Source: Ignavibacteria bacterium RIFCSPLOWO2_12_FULL_56_21
GTDB lineage: Bacteria > Bacteroidota > Ignavibacteria > UBA10030
Assembly: GCA_001802945.1 (NCBI GenBank)
Contig: MHAK01000075.1
Location: forward strand, 4,053-68,052
Length of the DNA: 64,000 nt
Direction: 5' to 3'
Shown here: in pieces, positions 18,629-26,480 of the stretch
Numbering within the stretch: position 1 is the stretch's first letter
Layout: every line of letters starts with the position of its first letter
The notes under the pieces: generated by a model
Databases searched by the model: none
The model's input: the letters and a program-made list of their open reading frames with translations, nothing else
What the model was told of the DNA's origin: nothing
Translations under genes and position numbers: made by a program

Positions 18629-19294
18629 GTGACCTCAGGATTAACCAAACGGCAGACCATTCTGGTTGCAGACGACCACCCGGTCTTTCGGAGAGGTTTG
18701 GTGCAGATTCTGGAGGAGCAATTCCCCCGAGCCAGACTCATCGAGGCGGGGAACGGCTCGGAAGCGCTCATCGCCGTCCATGAGCACAAGCCGACCATCG
18801 CCATACTCGATGTCGATATGCCGAAACGCAACGGCCTTGAGGTGGCTGCAGAGATCCGCCGCCGCGGACTGTCCATTGCGGTCGTCATTTTGACGATGCA
18901 CGACAACGAGGAGTTCTTCAATCGCGCGATGGACATTGGCGTCATGGGGTATTTGCTGAAAGACAGCGTCGTCAGCGAGATCACGTCGTGCCTTCAGACC
19001 GTGTCGGCCGGGAGACATTACTACACCCCGTCCCTCGGCGAGTATTGGGTCCGACGCGACCAAAACAAGCAACAACAGAAGTCGATCCAGGTCGGACTTT
19101 CGGCACTCACGCCGACCGAACGGAATATTCTGAAGCTCATTGCCGGGAATAAAACGACCCGGGAAATCGCGGAAGACCTCTTCATAAGCCCGAAAACAGT
19201 AGAAAATCACCGATCAAACATCGCCGGGAAACTCGGCTTGCGGGGGAATAACGCCGTTCTCCGCTTTGCGCTCGAGAACAAGTCCCGGTTGTGA
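18629..19294 (+). CDS. LuxR/NarL-family response regulator
   Basis: Receiver: ILVADDHPVFRRGL...ILDVDMPKRNGLEV...VILTMHD. HTH: LTPTERNILKLIAGNKTTREIAEDLFISPKTVENHRSNIAGKLG. The track ORF starts at 18497; an in-frame GTG at 18629 gives a canonical receiver N-terminus, so the start is uncertain. Confidence 0.85.
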   Translation: MTSGLTKRQTILVADDHPVFRRGLVQILEEQFPRARLIEAGNGSEALIAVHEHKPTIAILDVDMPKRNGLEVAAEIRRRGLSIAVVILTMHDNEEFFNRAMDIGVMGYLLKDSVVSEITSCLQTVSAGRHYYTPSLGEYWVRRDQNKQQQKSIQVGLSALTPTERNILKLIAGNKTTREIAEDLFISPKTVENHRSNIAGKLGLRGNNAVLRFALENKSRL

Positions 19295-19426
19295 CCCGCA
19301 TCACGTGATCCAGGGACTCGGTAGGGGCTGCCACCTACGAGGATGAGGAATCGCCCCCATTGAAGCCCCTGTCTATTCTCACGTTATTAAAGGGTCCAAT
19401 TCGAATCATCCACAGGAGAAGTCCGC

Positions 19427-19795
19427 GTGAAGGTGTTGGTCGTTGACACGAATCCGTCCCTCCGGGGAATGATCAAGTCGATTCTTGCGCTCGGTCACGC
19501 GGACGTCGCTGAGGCCGGCGACGGTAAGACCGCCCTGCAACTGTATTCCACGTACAAGCCGGACTGGGTTCTCATGGACTTGTCCCTCAAAGGCATGGAC
19601 GGATTGGATGTGACCCGGCAATTAAAGAAGGTGCATCCCGAAGCGAAGATCGTTCTCGTCACCGATCAGGACAGTCTTACATTGCGAAGAAAGGCACGGG
19701 AGGCAGGCGCCGGCGGAGTGATGTTGAAGGAGAATCTCTTCCAGGAACTTGCCCGTACACAATTTCTTCCCTCACAAACACGAACAAAGCCTTAA
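19427..19795 (+). CDS. Single-domain CheY-like response regulator
   Basis: KVLVVDTNPSLRGMI...DWVLMDLSLKGMDGLDV...KIVLVTDQD...GVMLKE. GTG start is preceded by CAGGAGAA. Confidence 0.85.
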   Translation: MKVLVVDTNPSLRGMIKSILALGHADVAEAGDGKTALQLYSTYKPDWVLMDLSLKGMDGLDVTRQLKKVHPEAKIVLVTDQDSLTLRRKAREAGAGGVMLKENLFQELARTQFLPSQTRTKP

Positions 19796-19823
19796 GGGAG
19801 AGGGAAATCACACGCGATAATCC

Positions 19824-20339
19824 ATGGGCCAAACTATTATCTCGGCCGGTCTTATTGTCATCGTGACCATAGCGGTCATCAATGCCAATAGACTTGTGAT
19901 CAACAGTCAGACGACGAAGCTGGAAGGTATCGCTCGTCTTCAGGCGGCGGACCTGGCGATGGAGTTGATCTCCGAAGCACGCCTCCGGAAGTTCGATGAG
20001 AACGCAGACACAGTATCGTATCAGGCGGTCACAGCGTTCACGTATTACTCGTCGCTCGGCCGGGACATGGGCGAGACTTCCGTACCGATCCCGGACACGC
20101 TTCCGTACCGATCGAAGGTCTATTATGACGACTTCGACGACTTCAACGGATACAAGCGGACCGCCTCTACGACAACGGTTTCAGGGTATGCTTTGACGTG
20201 CAAAGTGTTCTATTCCACGCAGTCCAGTCCCGACGCGTCGACGACCAGCAAACAATATTTGAAAACCATGCAAGTCCAGGTGTCGCATCCGCTGTATCTG
20301 ACGCGCGCCATCACCATCAGCGTGACAAAGACATACTAG
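19824..20339 (+). CDS. Pseudopilin/minor-pilin-like protein with a non-canonical N-terminus
   Basis: N-terminal hydrophobic helix MGQTIISAGLIVIVTIAVINA, followed by an amphipathic helix and a beta-rich domain. YYDDFDDFNGY resembles motifs seen in minor pilins. No G-F-T-L-x-E prepilin motif. Confidence 0.45.
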   Translation: MGQTIISAGLIVIVTIAVINANRLVINSQTTKLEGIARLQAADLAMELISEARLRKFDENADTVSYQAVTAFTYYSSLGRDMGETSVPIPDTLPYRSKVYYDDFDDFNGYKRTASTTTVSGYALTCKVFYSTQSSPDASTTSKQYLKTMQVQVSHPLYLTRAITISVTKTY

Positions 20340-20340
20340 C

Positions 20341-20892
20341 GTGGGCGCAATCCTCGATATCATAGGGTCGTATGTTTTCAAAGCCGCAATGGTGGGCATC
20401 ATCCTTGCCACGTCCATTTCGCTGAATGACGTCATGGTGGAAAAGGGACAAGTAACAAACCTGGAGAAGAACCTGAACGTTGCGATGTCGGTTCTGGAAT
20501 GGGACCTTCGAAACATCGGATACAACTATCTCACCTCCGCGATCCTCGTCGCCCAATCTAATGAGCTGCAGTACTACGCCGACGTGGACAATAACGGCAG
20601 CATCGAGACCGTGCGATACTATCTTACAGCGGTGTCTACAACATTGGCAGGAGAACCAGTTACGCGGTACGAACTGGTCCGGACAGTCAATGGCGTGGGC
20701 AACACCACCGTTCAAAGGATAGTCTCATTGGAATTCTCATACCAGGATGCTTCGGGAAATGCCACGACCGTTCCTTCGTCCGTGCGCGGCATCAAGGTCA
20801 ACATCACCGTGGATTCACCCGTGACAGTTGACGATCGTATACTCACGGCATCGAGAGACTTCACAATCTTTCCTGCAAATTTGTCGTTATGA
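20341..20892 (+). CDS. PilW/GspJ-like minor pseudopilin with a non-canonical N-terminus
   Basis: GTG start 1 nt after the upstream stop. Hydrophobic N-terminus (AAMVGIILATSISL). The body fits the PilW-like pattern: LEWDLRNIGYN...LQYYADVDNNGSIETVRYYL...YELVRTVNG...IVSLEFSYQDASGNATT...VRGIKVNITV. Confidence 0.5.
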   Translation: MGAILDIIGSYVFKAAMVGIILATSISLNDVMVEKGQVTNLEKNLNVAMSVLEWDLRNIGYNYLTSAILVAQSNELQYYADVDNNGSIETVRYYLTAVSTTLAGEPVTRYELVRTVNGVGNTTVQRIVSLEFSYQDASGNATTVPSSVRGIKVNITVDSPVTVDDRILTASRDFTIFPANLSL

Positions 20893-21353
20893 GGAATTCA
20901 TCGGTCATCTTTGTCGGCGGATTCACGCTCGTCTTCGGTTTCTTTGCCGTCCAGTCGTTCAACGCGGATGCTCGAGCGCTCCGGACTGCGGACATACGGG
21001 CCCAGCAGCTTCAGGCGGATCTGATCGCCATGACCGGGTGCTACCTTTCCACGTACTATATGGCGACGCCGAGCGATTTCGACGGCTGGACAAAGACGAA
21101 CAAGACATGTAACGGCGGCAAGCTGGATTACGAAATCACAGTGCTCGCAACGGACGGCGGAGGAAATCCGACTCGGTGCATGGTCGTGTCCACCGGGAAA
21201 ATGGGCTCAAACACCATGGGATGGATCACCGTTACGAAACGGGCGGAGATCATCAAGGGGGTCAACGGCAGAGGCAAATACGCCCAGTGGAACCAGTGGA
21301 CGATCCAAAAAGTCTATACCGACCCCTATACACTTGCCGATATCCTGGAGTAA
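20889..21353 (+). CDS. PilX/GspK-like pseudopilin-like protein
   Basis: ATGA overlap with the upstream gene. The N-terminus MRNSSVIFVGGFTLVFGFFAV contains G-F-T-L but has Phe instead of Glu at +5. Confidence 0.4.
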   Translation: MRNSSVIFVGGFTLVFGFFAVQSFNADARALRTADIRAQQLQADLIAMTGCYLSTYYMATPSDFDGWTKTNKTCNGGKLDYEITVLATDGGGNPTRCMVVSTGKMGSNTMGWITVTKRAEIIKGVNGRGKYAQWNQWTIQKVYTDPYTLADILE

Positions 21354-21406
21354 GGCGTTTCCTCTTCCAAATGGGTTCCATACTCGTCGTACTGAAACCG
21401 CTACTT

Positions 21407-21446
21407 GAGCCAGAGAGCGCAACTCTGGCTCTTTCCGTTGTTTTTC
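21407..21446 (+). terminator. Rho-independent terminator after the pseudopilin-like operon
   Basis: Perfect 9-bp stem GAGCCAGAG (21407-21415) / CTCTGGCTC (21423-21431), 7-nt loop, then TTTCCGTTGTTTTTCG. Confidence 0.75.
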
Positions 21447-21513
21447 GTTAGGTTACATCGTTTCAGGCGGTAGCCGTCCATTAATCTACGATACCACTCT
21501 TTAGACACCCCCC

Positions 21514-23118
21514 ATGGCGTCCTGGGAAGAGAAGAAAATTGGCAACGTTGTCGATGTTACGAGCACGACAGTCCAGATTATGCTCGATCCAGACATCGGT
21601 TCTCTGACCCGGAAGATCGGAGAGAAGACGTACTTTGTCGGCCAGATCGGGACATACGTACTTGTGCCGATCGGTCAGTCGTATGTCATCGGCATTGTGT
21701 CGGAATCCCGCAGATTGCCTGGGCTGAACGGTGAAGTCGGTTCGTATCGCATTGTGACGACATTGATCGGCACCATTCGTAAGGGCAAATACGAACCGGG
21801 TGTCTCCGTCCTTCCCAGCGTGGATATGCCGGTGTATCTGCTCGAGGACAAGGACATCCGGGGGGCGTTTTCGGCGTTCCAGCAGTTCAATTTTTCGATC
21901 GGCAATCTGTCCATGTTCGAAAACGAACGAGCCTACCTGAATCCGAACAAGTTCTTTGGGAAGCATATCGCAATCCTTGGGAGCAGTGGTTCGGGCAAGT
22001 CACACACGGTCGCCTCCGTTCTGCAAAAAGTGACATCCCTTCCGGAAACGCATGTCGTCATTTTGGACCTTCACAACGAGTACAGGCAGGCATTTCCAGA
22101 GTCGGGCCAATATTGTGAGATCTCGTCGCTGGAATTGCCGTATTGGCTGTTGAATTTCGACGAGATCAGGGAGATGTTCATAGACCCGAACGACGAGAAC
22201 GCTTCGATTCAGATGTCGCTGCTCCAGGATCTGATTGCAGCTTCGAAGAAGGAGAAGAACCCCCGATTGGCGGAAGTCCTGACCATCGACTCGCCGGTGA
22301 ATTTCGACCTCGCGTATATCCGGGGCCGGCTCCATTTTCTGGATACGGAAAAATCGACGGGCACGGGGGGCGGACGGGAGGGACCGTTTTTCGGTAAACT
22401 AACCCGGCTTGTCGCCCGCGTCGACACCAAGATGAACGATTCGCGGTATGCGTTCATGTTCAAGCCGAAACTGTTCGCGGAGACCGAATCGGCTGTATCC
22501 CTGCTGATGATGCTGTTCGGCCTGAGCGGCAAGTCCCGCGTGACGATCATGGACCTGAGCGGCGTGCCGTCGGACATTCTGAAGACGATCGTCGCGCTCC
22601 TTGCGCGGTTGACCTTCGACTTCAATTTCTGGAACCCGAACCGTTCGGAGCTTCCGATCCTGCTCGTGTTCGAGGAAGCGCACAACTATCTCTCGTTATC
22701 GGCGGAAGGATCCGTAGCTGCGCGCAAGACGGTGGAACGCATTGCGAAAGAAGGACGGAAGTACGGCGTCTCATGTATGATCGTCAGCCAGCGGCCGGCG
22801 GAAATCTCCGAAACGATCCTGTCGCAGTGCAGCAATTTCGTGCTCCTGCGATTGTTGAACCCGAATGACCAGATGTACATTAAGCGGCTCGTCCCCGAAT
22901 CCTTCAGCGGACTGGAAGCCGCGATCTCCCTCTTGCGGCAGGGGGAAGGGATCATCGTCGGAGACGCGATCCCCATGCCGCAGCGGGTGCAGATCGATCC
23001 ACCCGACCCGCCGCCGCTGAGCTCGGATGTGTTGTTCTTCGACAAGTGGAAGAAGAGCTCAGCGAAGACCGACCCTCACGAAGTACTCGAACGCTGGTGG
23101 AACCAGCAACGCAATTGA
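21514..23118 (+). CDS. HerA/FtsK-superfamily ATPase (DUF87-type 'helicase HerA' family)
   Basis: HAS-barrel-like N-terminus (GNVVDVTSTTVQIML...VGQIGTYVLVPIGQSYVIGIVSE). Walker A HIAILGSSGSGKSH. LPYWLLNFDEIREMF. Walker B ILLVFEEAHNYL. KEGRKYGVSCMIVSQRPAEISETILSQCSNFVLLRLLNPNDQ. LRQGEGIIVGDAIPMPQRVQI. Confidence 0.85.
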   Translation: MASWEEKKIGNVVDVTSTTVQIMLDPDIGSLTRKIGEKTYFVGQIGTYVLVPIGQSYVIGIVSESRRLPGLNGEVGSYRIVTTLIGTIRKGKYEPGVSVLPSVDMPVYLLEDKDIRGAFSAFQQFNFSIGNLSMFENERAYLNPNKFFGKHIAILGSSGSGKSHTVASVLQKVTSLPETHVVILDLHNEYRQAFPESGQYCEISSLELPYWLLNFDEIREMFIDPNDENASIQMSLLQDLIAASKKEKNPRLAEVLTIDSPVNFDLAYIRGRLHFLDTEKSTGTGGGREGPFFGKLTRLVARVDTKMNDSRYAFMFKPKLFAETESAVSLLMMLFGLSGKSRVTIMDLSGVPSDILKTIVALLARLTFDFNFWNPNRSELPILLVFEEAHNYLSLSAEGSVAARKTVERIAKEGRKYGVSCMIVSQRPAEISETILSQCSNFVLLRLLNPNDQMYIKRLVPESFSGLEAAISLLRQGEGIIVGDAIPMPQRVQIDPPDPPPLSSDVLFFDKWKKSSAKTDPHEVLERWWNQQRN

Positions 23119-23208
23119 GTTCCGCGTCGAAAAGATTTTACCGCGTATGAACGCGTATAGACGCGATTTGAGTTTTTCGTGCTCAGCCAATCCTAGACAT
23201 CGCTCCTC

Positions 23209-24564
23209 ATGGCTCGCATAGCCACCAGAGTTGAATACCGTATCTCTGCGCAGGACCGTGCCGGTCGGCCTCTGGTGAAGTACGTCATGGCCTCGACCTA
23301 CTTCGAGGCGAGGGGGAAGGCCAAGGATTGGGTCCAGCGCAACGGCGGCGAACTGCTGCGCGTGGACAAGAAGCGGCTGTATGTGTACAAAGCGCGCCGC
23401 GGCGAGAAGATGATCACGGGCACGCAGAGCGCGTATTCCCGTGCCGAGGTTGTGGCGGCGCTCAAACGTATCGGCTACCAGGTCCAGTCGGTCTATACCC
23501 CGTTCAAGTTCAATTTTTCCGCTCCAGCCGCGGATATTGTGGGCTTTGTAAGCCAGAGCGCCAAGTTGCTCGAACAGAAGCTGTCATTCAACGATGTCCT
23601 GGTCCTGATGTCCGACAACATCAGCAACAAGACGCTGAACCAGGCCATCAAGGATATCATCAACGACCTCCGGAACGGACTTGATTCACGCGAGGCCTTT
23701 ATGCGTCAATCGGGCGTGCTGGGCTTTCATACGGCTCTGCTGCTTGGGATCGCAACAAAAAGCGGCGACGTTGCGGCGATCTTCCGGAGCGTGGCGCAGC
23801 TCGTCGAACGCCGCGCGGAGTTCTCCAAAGGGCTCAAATCAGCGCTCCTCATGCCCGCTGTCACCTCGCTTACGCTCATGGGGGCGATCATCTTCTATGC
23901 GCTCTACCTTGTGCCGCAGATGATGGAAATGCTCGGACCGATGATGGACAAGATCCCTCCGGTCACGAAATTCACGCTCGAGGCCAGCGATTTTGTCAAA
24001 GTGAATTACGGCTGGATGATTGTTGTGATGGTTGCGGCCGTTGGCTCGTTTTACGCCTGGCTCTCGACGGTCAATGGAAGACTGGCGTTCGACAAGTACA
24101 TCGTCCGCGTGCCGTATGTCGGGAACATCCTGAGGAACACGTCGATCGAGATCTTCACACGCGTTCTGGGCATCATCTACACGTCGGCGGGAGAGAACAT
24201 TGAAGCCATTCAGGTGGCGGCGGACGCCAGCGGCAACAGTTGGTTCGCGAGGCAGATCAGGGTCGTGTCCGCGCCGATGATGCTGACGCAGGGCGTCGAA
24301 CTGGGCAAGGCGCTGACGGCGACGGACTTCATTCCGGAAATGGCGCTGTCGCGGTTCCGCACTGCGGCGGAGACCGGTTCCGTCAAGGTGACGGCGCAAC
24401 AGCTCGCCGACTACTACGAAACGGAGAACAGCTTTGCAATGAAGAACCTTGTCAGCATCATCGAGCTGGGCGTGACCGTGATCATCATGGGATCGCTCGT
24501 GTTCCTGACGCTGCTGTCCTCCGAGACCGCAGGCATCGACGTCAACAAGATCGGCGCCAGTTGA
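23209..24564 (+). CDS. Type II secretion/type IV pilus platform protein (GspF/PilC family) with a duplicated N-terminal domain
   Basis: Two cytoplasmic T2SSF-type helical domains separated by TM helices (LNQAIKDIINDLRNGLDSREAF...; ALLMPAVTSLTLMGAIIFYALYLVPQM...; FTRVLGIIYTSAGENIEAIQVAADASGN...ALSRFRTAAETGS...). Two tandem N-terminal copies of the usual 'Y-x-A-x-D/R-x-G' beta-alpha module. Confidence 0.85.
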   Translation: MARIATRVEYRISAQDRAGRPLVKYVMASTYFEARGKAKDWVQRNGGELLRVDKKRLYVYKARRGEKMITGTQSAYSRAEVVAALKRIGYQVQSVYTPFKFNFSAPAADIVGFVSQSAKLLEQKLSFNDVLVLMSDNISNKTLNQAIKDIINDLRNGLDSREAFMRQSGVLGFHTALLLGIATKSGDVAAIFRSVAQLVERRAEFSKGLKSALLMPAVTSLTLMGAIIFYALYLVPQMMEMLGPMMDKIPPVTKFTLEASDFVKVNYGWMIVVMVAAVGSFYAWLSTVNGRLAFDKYIVRVPYVGNILRNTSIEIFTRVLGIIYTSAGENIEAIQVAADASGNSWFARQIRVVSAPMMLTQGVELGKALTATDFIPEMALSRFRTAAETGSVKVTAQQLADYYETENSFAMKNLVSIIELGVTVIIMGSLVFLTLLSSETAGIDVNKIGAS

Positions 24565-24566
24565 CC

Positions 24567-26366
24567 ATGGAACAACAACCCATCGTTCCGAAAGCCATTC
24601 GGCGCGACCTGGCCACGATCCTGGTCGAGCGCGGCATTGTCACGCAGGGTGTGCTCGACGAGGCAATGGCCGTGATGGCACACGACCCCGCCCCGTCGCC
24701 GCGGCGTCTGGCGAGGATCCTGGCCGACCAGTTCAAGGTCGATGCGGACAAGCTCTACCGCGAAGTTGCGCAGTTCTACGCCTTTCGTTCGCTTGACCTG
24801 ATGGGGGAGACAATCGACGATGAACGCATCGCATTCATACGGGCGATGCTCGAATATCTTCCTCCACATCTGCAGGACCGCGCGGCGGACGCACAAGTGA
24901 TACCCTACGGCGTCGATCCCGCGAACGTCAATCGTCTGCTCCTCGTATCGCCGGACCCGACGCGCCGGGAGGTCTATGAGGTTGCCAAAGGCACCGGCTA
25001 TAAGTCGTTCGAAATCTGTTTCGTTCCGCCGAGCCAATGGCAGGACCTCTGGCGTAAGGTCGTCGTGTCGCGCCCCACGGCGACCCAGGGCCAGTATACC
25101 TCCGGTCCTCTCGAAGAGATGGAGGATGAGGAAGACGAAGGATTTGAAAAAGAGATCGAGCAGGAGATCAGCCGGAGCGGTCTGATCTCGCTCATCGAGA
25201 ACATCCTTGTCGACGGCGTTCGCATGGGGGCAAGCGACATACACGTCATCCCGCGCGGCGAGAAGATCACGGAGTTCCATCTTCGCATTGACGGAAGGCT
25301 CACGATGTGGCTGCGGTACACGGAAGCACGAACGGAAGCGGTGTCCGCCGTGCTGAAGGACCGCGCCAAAGGTCTTGACCGTTTCGAACGAAGCATGGCC
25401 CAGGACGGCTTCGCGCAAATGACCATCGACGGGAAGACGATCCGATTCCGCGTGTCTGTGCTGCCGACGGTCGGGAAAGAACTGAAGAGCAAGTACGAAT
25501 CGATCGTCATACGTATTCTTCAGGAACCGAACCTGTCGATACGTATTGAAGATCTGGGTTTTGGCGCGTATGCGGAAAAGTGCCTGCGCAAGGCGATCGG
25601 CAAACCCCACGGCATCATCATCGTCACCGGCCCGACGGGCAGTGGGAAGAGCACGACCCTCGTCGCGGCGCTGCGCGCGATCATGGACCCCTCGCTCAAC
25701 ATCCTCACTGTCGAGGATCCCGTCGAATACTTCATCGATGGCGCGCGTCAGATCAAGCTCAATCCAAAGCTCGATTTTGAAGGGGCTCTCCGCTCGATCC
25801 TCCGCCACGATCCCGACGTGGTCATGGTGGGTGAAATGCGCGACCGGATCACCGCGGAAATCGCCATCAAGCTCGCGAACACAGGCCATCTCACGCTGTC
25901 GACGCTCCATACGAACGACGCTGTGAGCGTCATTGCGCGCCTGATGAAAATGGGGATCGAGACGTTCCTCATCGCCTATGCGATCAATCTCGTCGTGGCG
26001 CAGCGCCTCGTGCGAAAGCTGTGTCCGAAATGCAAGGCACCGCTCCCGGCATCCGAGTACGACGAATTGAACGCCCTCGGCCTGACAAAAGAGGAGATCG
26101 GCTCCGGCTCGTATTTCGTACCCGTCGGTTGTTCCGACTGCATCGGCGGATATCGCGGCCGTGTGGCCATCCATGAAGCTCTCTATTTTACGAAGGACAT
26201 CCGCAAGGTCATCATACATTCCGAATCGTATATCGACGAGGACAAATTGCGGGAGCAGGCGCTGAAGGACGGTATGCTATCGCTCCGTCAGGCAGCGTTG
26301 AAGCTCTTGAGAGAAGGTCTCACAACTGTTGAGGAAGTGGTCAGCGTGACGTCCGATGAAGACTAG
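24567..26366 (+). CDS. GspE/PilB-family type IV filament assembly ATPase
   Basis: ATG at 24567, 2 nt after the GspF stop. The track's extension back to 24240 overlaps GspF and is Arg/Asp-rich noise. T2SSE_N-like N-terminus (LATILVERGIVTQGVLDEAM). Walker A GIIIVTGPTGSGKSTT. Walker B DPDVVMVGEMRD. His box TGHLTLSTLHTND. Tetra-Cys site CPKCK...CSDCIGGYRGR. Confidence 0.9.
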   Translation: MEQQPIVPKAIRRDLATILVERGIVTQGVLDEAMAVMAHDPAPSPRRLARILADQFKVDADKLYREVAQFYAFRSLDLMGETIDDERIAFIRAMLEYLPPHLQDRAADAQVIPYGVDPANVNRLLLVSPDPTRREVYEVAKGTGYKSFEICFVPPSQWQDLWRKVVVSRPTATQGQYTSGPLEEMEDEEDEGFEKEIEQEISRSGLISLIENILVDGVRMGASDIHVIPRGEKITEFHLRIDGRLTMWLRYTEARTEAVSAVLKDRAKGLDRFERSMAQDGFAQMTIDGKTIRFRVSVLPTVGKELKSKYESIVIRILQEPNLSIRIEDLGFGAYAEKCLRKAIGKPHGIIIVTGPTGSGKSTTLVAALRAIMDPSLNILTVEDPVEYFIDGARQIKLNPKLDFEGALRSILRHDPDVVMVGEMRDRITAEIAIKLANTGHLTLSTLHTNDAVSVIARLMKMGIETFLIAYAINLVVAQRLVRKLCPKCKAPLPASEYDELNALGLTKEEIGSGSYFVPVGCSDCIGGYRGRVAIHEALYFTKDIRKVIIHSESYIDEDKLREQALKDGMLSLRQAALKLLREGLTTVEEVVSVTSDED

Positions 26367-26480
26367 AGCTGGTCTTAAGAATAGTTTCTCGTTACGTTTT
26401 CGTCGTTGCGTGTGTGGCGAGAACCTTTTTGCATTGGGTCCTGCTGCAGCACCCGGGACGGTATTTCGTGTTCGGACCGC

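Noticed and set aside
21514-23118. HerA-type ATPase as part of a known anti-phage system (SIR2-HerA or DUF4297-HerA) or a HerA-NurA repair pair
   Set aside because: No SIR2, DUF4297 or NurA-like gene lies on either side. Upstream is a terminator and pilin-like genes; downstream are GspF/GspE homologues. A defence role cannot be excluded but is not supported by the neighbourhood.
24240-24566. Track start of the GspE ORF at 24240 (708 aa)
   Set aside because: The extra 109 aa overlap the end of the GspF gene in another frame and are Arg/Asp/Gly noise. The ATG at 24567 follows the GspF stop by 2 nt and begins a normal T2SSE_N domain.
24567-24800. Canonical MshEN c-di-GMP-binding motif in the N-terminus of the GspE-like ATPase
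   Set aside because: I aligned DLATILVERGIVTQGVLDEAMAVM to the motif RLGxx(L/V/I)(L/V/I)xxG(L/V/I)(L/V/I)xxxxLxxxLxxQ. The key Arg, Gly and Gln positions are substituted (D, A, M), so c-di-GMP binding cannot be claimed.
24414-26219. 601-aa minus-strand ORF antisense to the GspE-like ATPase gene
   Set aside because: The plus strand encodes an unmistakable GspE/PilB protein (Walker A/B, His box, tetra-Cys). The antisense product is Arg/Asp/Ala-rich with no motif, which is a typical shadow ORF in GC-rich DNA.
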